A stretch of 64,000 bases of DNA from Azolla caroliniana (taxonomy: Eukaryota; Plantae; Polypodiophyta), in NCBI GenBank assembly GCA_043228905.1, contig JBHGNT010000001.1:3224001-3288000 (forward strand), in the 5' to 3' direction. Within the stretch, counting starts at the first letter, position 1. The number at the start of each line of letters is the position of its first letter. Under the pieces are notes generated by a model. The model had not been told where the DNA came from. It saw only the letters and a list, made by a program, of their open reading frames with translations, and ran no database searches. This document shows, in pieces, positions 1 to 12,272 of this stretch. A program made the position numbers and the translations under genes.

Positions 1-1263
1 ATTCCATTGTATTTTTGGCACTCTTATCCTTTAGACTCACTCTTTCTGGTTAAATTTGGAATGTTCATAAAGGATCTTATTGACAAAGCAATAACGGTGG
101 TTGTGAAGCTTGGCTTGTCACATGTGAAAAGAAGGCATGCCACGCCTCCATGTTGTCCACCTATTTTTGATGAAAGAGTAGGTGTACACCAAGAAATTAT
201 GTCAATAAAATTTTAAAAGCAATTCCAAGGGCTTTAGAAATGCTGTTATATAAGAACCTTTTACAGCATAATTATAATGCAAGTATCCCAATATTCTTAT
301 ACTTATGTAACATGTTTAGATACATTTTCTAGCAGATAATCTACTACATATCTTTGTGTTAATTAAACCATCAATATTATGAAAAGGTATGAAATTGGCC
401 ATATAGTATCTTAAAAGTCAATGTCTTTGCACATCAATAGTTAATGGTTACAAAGCCTAGGGATTGAAAGGCACACCAATGACATTAAAATGCCTTTGGA
501 AGTAGAGTCAAGAGAACCATCACGAACAGGATTATATTCATACACCAATGATTATATTCATGCACCAATATTGTTTAACCCTTCAAGGTCTACCTAATCA
601 AGCCAAAAGAATCTCTACAAATAACGTGGATGGAACCTAAGAAGCTATCCACACATTTGCCATATTTTAATGGGATGTATATGATGCATATGCAAGAGGA
701 AAAGCTAGCACCAACTATGTAATATTTCATGCTCTTCATTGATATCATTGAGCACATGGTGATATGCAAGGACCTTCAAAGGCCAAATAATCTCCGGAGA
801 ATAGATAGTCTAAACTATAGACACTTGTATAGCTCACACGTGGAGAGTAAAATAATGCCACAAGCACAAGTAGCTGCAACAAAGATTGAGGGTGTGGCAA
901 CACTCCGTCCTTCATATTGAGGAGGTCAAGTGAATGTCCTAAAATGGGTGCGAAGTATGGCAAATTGATATTACTTTAATATCATAAGAGATGTCCTGCA
1001 TTCGCGATGATGCATATTTTGTAGCAATATGCAGTTTTGAGGAATTTATACACAAAAACACGTAATACATACACTCCAAAAGTAATCAATAATATGTCGG
1101 GATCAGCTTCTATGAAAATTTGTATAGAAGGCCCCATATGCACCGAAACCAATGGGTTTTTGCAAAGTAGGGTTTGTATTTTCAGTCATTTAGGTGGGTG
1201 GATGGATGGACATTTGGGAACTTAGGCTAGCTAGCAGTAGCTATGTAGCTCTTAATAGAGACC

Positions 1264-4200
1264 ATGGATAGGAATGGATCCATCATCCTACCAAAGATGA
1301 GTATCATGAATGGCTCTCTGTTTTGTGCCCACAAGCCCACCATCCCTATCCTGTGCAAATCCTTCCCGCCTCCTCGACGTCCTGCTCTGTATCCACTGTC
1401 TCGATCGAGCAAACACTACATTCTCCCAAAATCTCAGGGTTTTGAGACCCTGAGCTTCCATGGAAGATTTCTTCAGCTTGCTACTGTACATCCTCCTCCA
1501 TCCTCTGTTTCTTCTTCAGCTTCTTCTTCAGAATCCATGGAGGAGGAAGATAAATCAAAAGACAATTTTGTTGTCGATGAGCGTGAAAGGAAACGGAGAG
1601 AGAGAATTGGAATAGCAAACAAGGGCAGAACTCCATGGAATAAAGGAAAATCTCACTCTCCTGGTAAGTCATTCATTCATATTGTCTTCATGAATTTCTT
1701 TTGGAAAAGCCTGCACATTCCTAGCTCTAATTTTATCATTAAATCACATCATTACAAGAATGCAGCAAGTCTTGGATGTTTTATGCTCTGTGTCATGCTT
1801 GTCATGATCAGGCACACCTACATTGGAAAGATACCCTCGGTCACTACAAGTTTAGGCATTTTTTACTCTTGTCCCTATTGAAATATTCATAAATGATGAA
1901 ATTCCGAGGGAAATTTGTTAACTCTGTACTAAAACTCAATAAAATTGCTCTACTGTCTCATAATTCCCTGTTCCTCATGCATGGAAAGGAAATCCAACTG
2001 AGTCGTAAAGATTTTTTTTCCTGAAAACTAACCACATTAATAGATGTTAATGAAGGCTAGAGTTATAATTATCAGGTGCTAATCATTAGGTACCCTAAGC
2101 ATCTTCTTTGGCCTATTCAGGCCACATTAGCTCTATTTTTCTGTTTAACTTATGATGCACATGGAAAGCACACTAGATAATGTATGTTTTCTCTTATTGA
2201 GACAGTTTGTCAGCATTCTATGCCCTCTTATTTAATTCTAAGAGTTGGGGAGAGCCCATTAGCTATTGGACTGCCTTATTCCAGCCACAATATGCATGGT
2301 TATGGTTTGGACACAGAATGAGGGTTGATATATACAGAAGGGGCTAGTTACCTTTGTGCAGTCTCATCTTCGTTATTGTCATTCATTTTTATTGGACAAT
2401 CCTTGGTAGCCATTTTTGTAGTTTGAACATAGAACTTGGGTTCGCCAATATAAAAAGGGCTAGCTACCCTTGTGCGCAAACTACTTCATTATTGTCAATT
2501 ATGCTTATTACATTACCTCTAATCTATGGATCACCTCCATATGAGTGATAGTCTATGGCTTGGACATTGTATTGTGCCTCTATTCAGCTGACGAACCTGA
2601 TTTAAGGGGATATATGGTTAGATGGAGAGGAATTCTTGAGGATTCTACATGTTTTCTTTCATTAATAATGTCTGTTAGGTCAATCATGTAACTAGGGAAA
2701 TGGAGTTCTAAAAGTCTTCTAGTACTTTTGTAGCCACCATTGCTAAGATGAAGGAGAGGAACACAATAGTGATGCAGGATCCAAGAGTAAGATACATCAT
2801 CTTTCCAATGACTGTTCAAATGGCATATAAGATATTAAATTGAAGAAATAAACCCCAATTCTTTCTCTAGCTTGTATACTTATGCTCTGTATAATTAAAT
2901 TCTAGTTCATGTGTAACAGATGCGAGAGAAACTTCGGCAACATTCCCACCCTCAAAGGTATAACTTTCATCATCACAGGAAATCAGAAGGAAAATTATAA
3001 TATAGTGTCAGATTCCATGTATGTCTTTACATTTCCTTGTCGGAATTCTTATGCAGTGAAGAAACTAAAGAAAAACTCAGGAATATCATGAAATCCAGGA
3101 TGGAACATGAGAGAAAACAGCTGACAGTCTTACAAGATTGGAAAAATGCGATTGCCAAGACTGCCCAAATTGGAAATTCAGGAGATGATATGCTTTGGTG
3201 GGATAGTTATGATAATTTGAAGAAACAATTACGACAAGAGTACTTGGAGAGTAAAATGAAAAAGAAAGACAAGGTCCGCAGGTCGTGGACATTGGAGCAA
3301 AGGCTAAGACTATCAGAATCAGTCAGAGCTAAGTGGGAGGATCCTGTAAGGTCATTTCAGTGCTTTTAAGAGGCATGTAGAAAATTTGATGGCTGCTTAC
3401 TCATAGCTTCTTCATTAAGAGATTTGTTGGTAATAAACATGTTGGGAGGAAAATGAATGCAGACCTGTTATTTTTTCCCTTTAAAATAGTGGTAAACAGA
3501 CCCAAGTGCCAAATGGTACTGGGGCAGCAATTACCAATTACCAATGACCCATTTAACCTAAATCTCATTCATGGAACATGATGTGTAGAATGTGTCCTAT
3601 TTCTTGGTCGGATTAGTAAGCTAGGCTGACGATTTATTGGATAGTGTTTATGTTTATGCCTGGGCTAGAACAAATGCTGGGTATATCTCTTAGTTACATG
3701 ATGATCAAGGTTATATACTTAAAAGTATGCGACTTGTATGATTCCCCATTCCAGAATCACGTCCACATAATGCAGTGTCATGGTCTTGATCAGTTAATGC
3801 CCCCACACTGGGGATTGGATATATATATGCACAGAGTCACACAGAAAGAGAAGAAGTATGGTGTAGATAATGTGTCAGTAATGTGCAATATTTACAAATC
3901 CATTTAAATACTAACTTATCCTTTGCAAAACGCGGGAGAATCCTCCTTTCTTCATAGTAGTATGGACGGTTGATTATGCTTCCTTGGAAGATGTAGACCC
4001 AAAACAGAACTGCTGCATATAAATGTTCTCTGGTTTTCTAGCCTGCACTAATAGATGTAATATTGGCCTCCTGGGTGCTTAATGTACTTGTTACTGTTTT
4101 CTATTCCCAATTCCAGAGATTTGTGTTTGTCTTGGGACGGTTCACTTTACAGTCAAGACTTAAGGTATTTCTTCTTGAATTAGAGCTGAAATCACATTAG

Positions 4201-5050
4201 AGTTGAACTTGCACAAGTCTACAGCTATGTGCTTACTTTTTCACTGTGTAATAACGGATTTTCTGTAGCTAGATCTATTGGGTACATCGTGAGTAGATAT
4301 ACATATTTCATGTAGTCTGTTTTCAGGATAATTTTCTGGCCAAGAAAATATTCAGGTGATCAATTTCTCATTCGTCAGTCTCTCTGCCACTCATACATAT
4401 GTTGATGTACTCTGTTCTTTGTGGTGGTGTTCTAGCCAAGGTGATTGATTTTTCTTACATTGGTAGCTATCTGAGGACAGTAATCAAGGTCCGCCATTTT
4501 TTGCTCATGACACGTTTATTGATTGCTCATGGAGAATTCTACTCATTGATTTTGTCTGACAACTTATGTCTATTATTTAGAGAGATGAGCACTGTTTTGG
4601 GCATCTGTATGTATATGTTGTGATTCCATCATAACTACTCTTTGAATCATATTAACCAAAATGCAGATTGTTGTGACAAATGCAGACATTAATATACAAT
4701 CCCCATAGAAAATAATGCTTAAACCTTAGATGTCCTGTGTAATCATGTCTGAATTTGTGTCTCTGCAGGATTACCGTAATAAAGTGATTGAAAACATACG
4801 GGAGAAAAGACTGAAAGGTGTGAAGAAAAAGAAATCTGATTTCAGTATTTCAGATATTGAGTGTGACAATATACTAAACATTCTCTTGAGAGCACCAATT
4901 CCTGAAGATCAGATGGAGCCTTTAAAAACCAAGATTGGATCCTATAGTGATCCCTCCTCCAAGGAAAAGCTTGCAAAGCTGATTCGTGCTCGAAATATTA
5001 AAGATCAAGAAAGGACATCGGACAGTGATTTTAGAGATGAAAGCAGATAG
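1264..5050 (+). CDS. NUMOD3 (nuclease-associated modular DNA-binding) motif protein, probably plastid-targeted; similar to the Arabidopsis At1g53800/At1g53250 family
   Basis: Exons joined by eye at GT-AG sites: 1264-1663, 2734-2786, 2920-2957, 3057-3345, 4769-5050. Ser/Pro-rich transit-like N-terminus, then ERKRRERIGIANKGRTPWNKGKSHSP, HSHPQSEETKEKL, EQRLRLSESVRAKWEDPDYRNKV. Confidence 0.75.
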
Positions 5051-5639
5051 AGAAAATATTAATATAAATTAAAGAGCTGGATATAGAGACAGATCAAGGT
5101 AAAGTTTATGCATCATGGTATTATTAGATGCTGAGTTTTGCATGCTTTGGTTTTCTATGAACCTTGTAGGTTTTTGGTTCCTAATGTGTCATCCAGTGAT
5201 TTACTTCCATGAGTCTTTTGACTGAATCAGAGGAAGTTAATATTTTATCTGCTCAGGGAAGGCATGGAACTTACTGGATATAAAAGGAAGAGGTCAAATA
5301 TCAAACAAGATTGATATGTATGTTGTAAAATTTGATACTTGTATGGTTTAGGTCCAATTCATGATACTCACCTTTGGAACAATGCTTCTATGATCATGGG
5401 GCATTGTCAATGACCCCTAATCAAAACCAAGTTCTTGGAAGCGTGATTGGTGGCATTGTCATTATAACATGTTTACAGTTGCATAGCCTCACGTGAATCT
5501 ATCTTTGATACCTCATGGAACTTGAAATGTGATTCTCAAATACATGAAAGAATCTATCTATGGCAATGAAATGACGTTGTAGACAAGCATGAGATTCAAA
5601 GACCAAAATCTCGTAATCAACATAAAAAAATGTGAATGA

Positions 5640-6330
5640 GTGTATCTAATCTATCAACTCCCTAATCGCATTGCTATCTCATTGATGTAGAAGCAAAAGG
5701 GAAGGGAGAGGGTGGGCATCCTTGCTTCACATCAATGGTGCATAAAATTATCTTTGAAATTAGTTCGGCAAACCCACATCATATCAGAGTCCATTGAGTT
5801 TCTATAGGAAATGTTCCCTTGGTATAGTATCAAAGGGCTTGTGGAAAGCTACAATGCATCCATACAATCTTTTGGGAAATATTCACATCATATCAGAGTC
5901 CATTGACTTTCTATAGGAAATGTTCCCTTGGTATAGTATCAAAGGGCTTGTGGAAATCTACAATGCATCCATACAATCTTTTGGGAAATATCCACATCAT
6001 ATCAGAGTCCATTGACTTTCTATAGGAAATGTTCCCTTGGTATAGTATCAAAGGGCTTGTGGAAATCTACAATGCATCCATACAATCTTTTGGGAAATAT
6101 CCACATCATATCAGAGTCCATTGACTTTCTATAGGAAATGTTCCCTTGGTATAGTATCAAAGGGCTTGTGGAAATCTACAATGCATCCATACAATCTTTT
6201 GGGAAATATCCACATCATATCAGAGTCCATTGACTTTCTATAGGAAATGTTCCCTTGGTATAGTATCAAAGGGCTTGTGGAAATCTACAATGCATCCATA
6301 CAATCTTTTGGGAAATATCAAAACTTGGGT
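5640..6330 (-). mobile_element. Decayed non-LTR retrotransposon (LINE) reverse-transcriptase fragment
   Basis: Minus-strand translation gives LYGCIVDFHKPFDTIPREHF (the DFxKAFD motif) followed by IDVKQGCPPSPFL (the GVxQGCPLSP motif), with stops and frameshifts. Confidence 0.7.
5774..6318. repeat. Tandem repeat, 5 x 109 bp, nearly identical copies
   Basis: Unit ccacatcatatcagagtccattgac...ttttgggaaatat starts at 5774, 5883, 5992, 6101 and 6210. Confidence 0.97.
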
Positions 6331-6821
6331 TTGTCAATTGACTTTGATCTTATGATGTAAACAACCACACAAATAGAGAGACAGAGAGAGATTGCGAGGT
6401 TTAAAACATTTTCCAATCAAATTTGAAGTTTCAATTAAAAAGCCATGCTCAAACACAACATTTGACTTTGGCTTGCAGTCTTCACCAACTAACTGTGGAG
6501 AGAGAGAGATGATCATCATATATATCAATATGTCCAAATGCAATGCTGTACATGATAATTCTCTCTTGTAATACAAATCCTAGTTTCCAATCATATTTGA
6601 AATCCCAATGAGGACTTCATGAATGCTCACGTATGGTTCAAGTATATTTCAGATTCAACTGTCGATAAGAAAAACACAATCATCATACACATTGATGCAT
6701 TCAAAGACATAAAGGTATAATCAACTTTGTTAAACAAAAAGGTTCATTACAATATTTTATATGGCAGGCTTCAATTTTTTTACCAAATTTGAGATCTCAA
6801 TAATAAAAGGTAAGTTCATGC

Positions 6822-7766
6822 TCAAGCATGGAAGTACATATCTATGCTTTGCACACAACCAACTCCAACAAGAGAGAGACGATCATCATACACCTCAATG
6901 TGCCCAAAGGCATCAGTTCCAGGTGGGCATTCCAAAACTGCATCCAGCACATGGTGATGAACCCCATGAGAATCGACTGTATAACCCGCACAGTGAGTAT
7001 GGCCAGCAAAACACACTTTCACACAACTGAACTTATGAATCACATCCAACACATCATTATAGTTCCATAGTAGAGTTGCACAAGGAGTAACCTCTGGGTG
7101 GAGAGGTATATGAGAGCAAATTATCACTTTCTCATTAGAATGAGTAGCACGTTCCAACACTTGATGCAGCCAAGTCAATTGCTCTCTCCCTACACCGCCA
7201 TTAAACATGACAAACCGTCTCTCTAATCCTACCAATCCCTCGGGACTATTCATGTCACCATTTGGATTCTTCTCTTTGAGAATCCGTAAAGCTTCATCTC
7301 GATGAGGGTGTCCAAGTGGCCACCCCATGACACTAATATCATATCCATCTAAAACCACAACCCTGAATCCAGTGGTGGGGACAAAAGTATAATAGGAATT
7401 ACCATTCTCAGATGGTATTTCAAGCAATCGATGAAGATCATCACGAGGCAAGTTGTAAAGACAATGATTACCGAGTACATGATATGTGTTCACATCTTGG
7501 AGAAGTTTAAATGTTTCTATAACTCTGCATATAGCATTGTATGACTCTTTTTTTGGACAGTTTCCATCAATAATGTCTCCAAGGTGCACAACAAATGCTA
7601 ACCCTCCTTGAGAATCCCATCTACCTATAGCCCTCCTTAGAGCTTCAAGGCTGTGTCGATAGTATCTCGGGACTCCTCCAAATGAATGTCCATCCGGAAT
7701 GTCGGCATATTGGACATCTGTTATTATACCAAATGAAAACTTCGGTTTTACCATTTCTGGTGACAT
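6822..7766 (-). CDS. ADPRM: Manganese-dependent ADP-ribose/CDP-alcohol diphosphatase (metallophosphoesterase)
   Basis: Single coding exon from the ATG at 7766. Motifs TDVQYADIPDG, LGDIIDG, LGNHC, SHIP, GHTH, plus the family-typical FNGGVGREQL. A 5'UTR intron is likely (donor near 8800). Confidence 0.92.
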   Translation of the reverse strand: MSPEMVKPKFSFGIITDVQYADIPDGHSFGGVPRYYRHSLEALRRAIGRWDSQGGLAFVVHLGDIIDGNCPKKESYNAICRVIETFKLLQDVNTYHVLGNHCLYNLPRDDLHRLLEIPSENGNSYYTFVPTTGFRVVVLDGYDISVMGWPLGHPHRDEALRILKEKNPNGDMNSPEGLVGLERRFVMFNGGVGREQLTWLHQVLERATHSNEKVIICSHIPLHPEVTPCATLLWNYNDVLDVIHKFSCVKVCFAGHTHCAGYTVDSHGVHHHVLDAVLECPPGTDAFGHIEVYDDRLSLVGVGCVQSIDMYFHA

Positions 7767-8999
7767 CAGTATCTTAAGGTAAACTCGAGACCCCTTCACA
7801 CACACATGGTTCAAAATAGATACAATGTTAGCAATATTATGGTGATAATAAAGAACCCTCTCTCAATCTCCCTCTATTTTTCTTTGCTAAAGAGAATTGT
7901 ATGTTTAATTTACAATGTTACAAATTACAAAAGTGCAAATCTAGGTCACATGACCACTATTCAAAAAGAAAACTGAAGGCACCAACTCTTTCCTATTCTA
8001 TCTTTTCCAGTACTCTCCTCCCTATGTCATTGTGGCTTAATCACAGCATAGTTGCATACTAAAGCAACATATTCTAGGCGTAATTTACTTTTGCTTTCAT
8101 CCTTTTTCTATAAGTCAGTAGTCCACAGAGTCTAATATGAAGAGGAGGCAATTGAAGTGGTTCATAGTGTCAATTCCCTTGAAGTTGACATACCTCGTCA
8201 ACACTATCAATCCGAATGCATGTGCCACTCAAGCACAACCCAAAATTTTAGAGCAAACAGTATTTGGTGCATGCATCGTGCAACGTCTGCTATATGGAGA
8301 CGGAAGTATAAGGCTCACGGAATATAATAAAGCAAATACAACATATAGAAATAGATATAGCTATAGCGGTTAAGATCTCCACACACCCTAATGATTTTAG
8401 AAATAGGAAGAAGTAAAATCGAGTTTTATGCCGAGTTTTACGCCCTCCAAAGAATTTACAATTGCATATTGAAAGTAAGAAGATTGCCTCAAAATTACTT
8501 CCCCAAACCAGAGGAAAAACACAAAAGCAAATTTATTCATTCAGCTGGCCCCATGTTGATGCAATTAGAGGGAATTAAAGAGATAGGAGAACATATGAGT
8601 CCATGGCAGCTTTTGTCTGTCTCTTTGTGCCAATCGTGAATTAACCACTAATTGGTGGCTCATTTCGCCTTGGAAGCCTTCTTTGGCCACCATGACTAAG
8701 AACTCAAATTCTGTTAAGGGTCAATGGAAAGAGAAATCTGTAACTAGACAAGATCTCAGAGAGGGAGGGAAGGGGAGACAGAGACAGAGACAGACAGTAC
8801 CTGTGGAAAAGGAGGAGGAGATCTCGTTGTGTTTTCTCTACAAAATAAACAGCCTCTTCCGATGCTGCTGCAAGCTGACTTTCTGTTCCTCCATTTCTCT
8901 GATATAAGAAGAGACGCTTCATACCGTGATCCCAAAAGCTTGTTCGATTTTCTTGTGTGTCTTATCTATTAGTCCCACCACTCACCCTTTCATATATGT

Positions 9000-9093
9000 A
9001 TATACATATACATATGTACATTGTGTGTATATATATATATATATGTCATTGTATGTATATACATATATGTATGTATGTATATACATATATATG

Positions 9094-9152
<59 letters not shown>

Positions 9153-9172
9153 TATGTATGTATGTATGTATG
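9000..9172. repeat. (TA)n/(TG)n/(TATG)n microsatellite cluster
   Basis: Directly visible; pure (TG)n run at about 9098-9150. Confidence 0.95.
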
Positions 9173-10317
9173 CAAAACGATGGTTGTCATGAATTGAATC
9201 AACTCGACATTTACCATTGTCTTCACTCTTATTAGCAGAGTTTTTCCCAAGTTGTTTACTTGGTCATCGGCATTTGTCTCCTGGAAGAAATGTTTTGTCG
9301 TTTTGCTTCACAACACAATTATATGTAATAGAAGAAACAATCCCTGAAGATTGACTAAGGTTTTGGGGGCTTCCAACCTAGATAACTTTATGTTCTTTAA
9401 GTTATCACATTTAGAAGACGTTACTAAATACTAATACATCTTGATGGCGGTATTTATTTGCAAGCCATAATGGATAATGAACATCAATGAACAATGATTG
9501 GTTCATTCACATCAATGCCCTTGTTTGATTGTTGATGTCTTAACAAATTAGACCTTGATGAATTTTGTGATCAGTTCTCATCAGTGCCCTTGTCTGATTG
9601 TTGACTTCTTGATGAATTACACAGTATGAAGGTAGTGGTTAGTTCATTCACATCAATTCTATTGCCCATCCATTGATTTCCAAATAAATTTGGCGACTTG
9701 ATAATGTTTATAATTTATTTTCTACACAAACCTCTATGACCATCATTTTGCAATATACACTAACCACCAAACCACTGATTTTTACTTCCCATAACTTAGA
9801 AAATAGCATACCTTTCTAGCTACTGCAAGCACAGTGGCAACGGGATAGCAATTAATCATTTCTAGTATTCCATGACTTGTTCTATGTTTTGCTACACAGT
9901 GAAGAGTTCTCTTAGAATCCTATTATGTGTTAGGAGAAAGGATTATTCATTGGTTGATTAACTTCAGAAATACGTAAACTCCTCACAGTAAAAGAATAAC
10001 TGACACTGCATCGTTTAGCTCAAAGTCGATAACATGATAATCAAATAAACTGATGCATAAAAATAATTGAACTCCACACATACATGACATGCATTACTAT
10101 AAAAGGGAAATAACAAAAATGGAATGAATGGACCATGAATTCAACTTTAAGGAAAACTTGAGCTTTATCCATGAAATTCAAATGATCTAAATCAAGTTTA
10201 CTAAAAGCATAACAGCCGTGAGAAAAAGGGCTCGATTACAAAAAAACTACAATAGCACCATGTAAAAATTCACTGAAGTTTTTCTGCTCATTTAGCAGTA
10301 CACAATCTAAGCAGATC

Positions 10318-12161
10318 TCAGATTCTACTGGGATACATGAATACCCTCACTCTTCCACCCTGCAAAACCAAAAACACGAACCATTTCAATTTGTTATCTC
10401 AAAAATATACTAATCTTCTAATAATCAGCATGATACTTTACTTTTCATGCCCTCCAACAAGCACCAGAACCTTGAAAAATTTATCAATCTTTTCTAGTTC
10501 TTTAACCAAGTCATCATACAAGTCTGCTGCTTATGTTTCCCATTCAGAAGAGCAACCTTTAAAAGGCATGCTATGACATTGTATCAAAAACAGAACTTTT
10601 TCAAATTTATGTCTATCCCACTCCCATAACTTCCATGTAAAAGCTTTGATCGCCTTCATTTTCTATATTCAGGCCAGAGGAAGGTACATTTAATAGGGTC
10701 GTGTCTAGTTTATATACACCCATTGCCCTCATAAATTTATTTCTGCAGAATATTTCTTATGTCTTTTCATTTCCTATTTTCTAGAAACCTGCAGAGTGTA
10801 ATGAGAGATTAAGGACTTTTACCATGGAGGAGGGAGGTAAGTTCTTCCTAAACTTCGCACGAACAACACCACTGTTTCCATGAGGCTTGATTACACGGCC
10901 CCAAATTGATCTATAAAGCGTGCCGTTCTTCTTGGTTTTGGCCTTGTACACATAAGCAATCCTTTTTCCCAGATACCATTCTACTTCTTCCACTGTATTT
11001 ACTCCCTCTATTTGAAGGAGAGACACACTTGGGTATTGGTTAGACTTACCCCTACAGAAAAGATTATCAGTTAGAATTTGGCTGTGCGGCATTGAAAAGG
11101 AATTTTATAGAATTGTATCACGTTGAAAAACTCACCTCTTATATCCAAGAATGTTCCCTCGAACATAGAGTCTGAAAAACAACCCAATTAAACGTGAAAT
11201 TTGAAAGCAAATACATAATCAAAGTAGCAACATTAAATTTCCATTCGTAAGTTAAATTATTTGTCAAGGCACAACTATTCCTCCATCGAAAGGGCCTTCA
11301 TGAGTTTAAATCTTGAGCTGATTTGTAACATGTGTTGTCTGACTCATAGTATCAATAATAAAAAAGACTTTGTTCAGCTTTTATCGTGATCTAATACGCA
11401 GGTTTTTATTATGTTATTCATTTACACTAAAATAAAAAATTCCCGATTTGTGGTATTACCAAAAACTGTAGAAATAGAACAATATATCAACATATAATTT
11501 GATTACTTCTCACGTATGAGAGAGACTTCCAAGAGTTGAAAAAATAGAAAATTCTGTTTCAACTTCAAACCTGAATCATGTCAAACTCAAAAACCTCGCT
11601 TGGCCACCTCGTTATACTAAGGTCCACATAAACTCACGATAAACTTTCATCTATGTTCAAACTCGGTATAATTGCAAATGATCGCCTCTCAAGCCAAAAA
11701 ATAAAGCAGATTCGTCAACAAGCACAAAACTGCATTTTCAGTCATTATGCGGAGGCCAACTTTTTCAATCAATACGTATGGAAACGAATTTAGGCCAACG
11801 GTCATTTCAAAAAACAGCAGACTTGAGGACTCTAAAACTTCGGAAACTTTAAGATAAGGCTAAATCTACTATCCCCGTTCGGTCGAATACTGAGATTCAT
11901 CGTAAAAAAATCCGCTGCTTAAATTTATCGGGCCCGCAAAAATGTAGTCTTCGAATGCGGATGCAGAAGTAGAAGCAGATATAATTCAAAGTGCAGATTC
12001 AGGTTCGAGTACAGATTAGAATGCAAATTCACGTTCACATACGGATTCAAGTGCAGATTTAGATCCAGTTGAACGAAAGATTCGCATTAATATTTTCGGA
12101 ATGTATAAACTAGTGATCAGATATATATGTACCTGACGCGCTCCCCCTTCGACTCCGGCAT
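10318..12161 (-). CDS. RPL35A: 60S ribosomal protein L35a (eL33)
   Basis: Exons 12161-12133, 11171-11136, 11051-10823 and 10359-10318 give [39 protein letters not shown]...[33 protein letters not shown]. Confidence 0.96.
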
Positions 12162-12262
12162 GGCGAGGCGATCGTCGACCTCCTGCGTTCGAACTGAGAG
12201 AGAGAGAGAGAGAGAGAGACTGTGTCTGTCTCTGTGAAGGAGGAGCAAACCGTGTTCGATCC

Positions 12263-12272
12263 AAAACCCTAA
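12263..12272. promoter_or_regulatory. Telo-box (AAACCCTA) upstream of RPL35A
   Basis: aaaaccctaa about 100 bp upstream of the ATG. Telo-boxes are a known feature of plant ribosomal-protein gene promoters. Confidence 0.6.

Noticed and set aside
380-1020. Possible LINE remnants here and at about 26300-26620 and 27520-28060
   Set aside because: Only faint compositional or motif hints; too degraded to call without a repeat-library search.
8926-9235. ORFs with (CV)n and YI repeats (similar ones at 56230-56749)
   Set aside because: Translations of TA/TG microsatellites.
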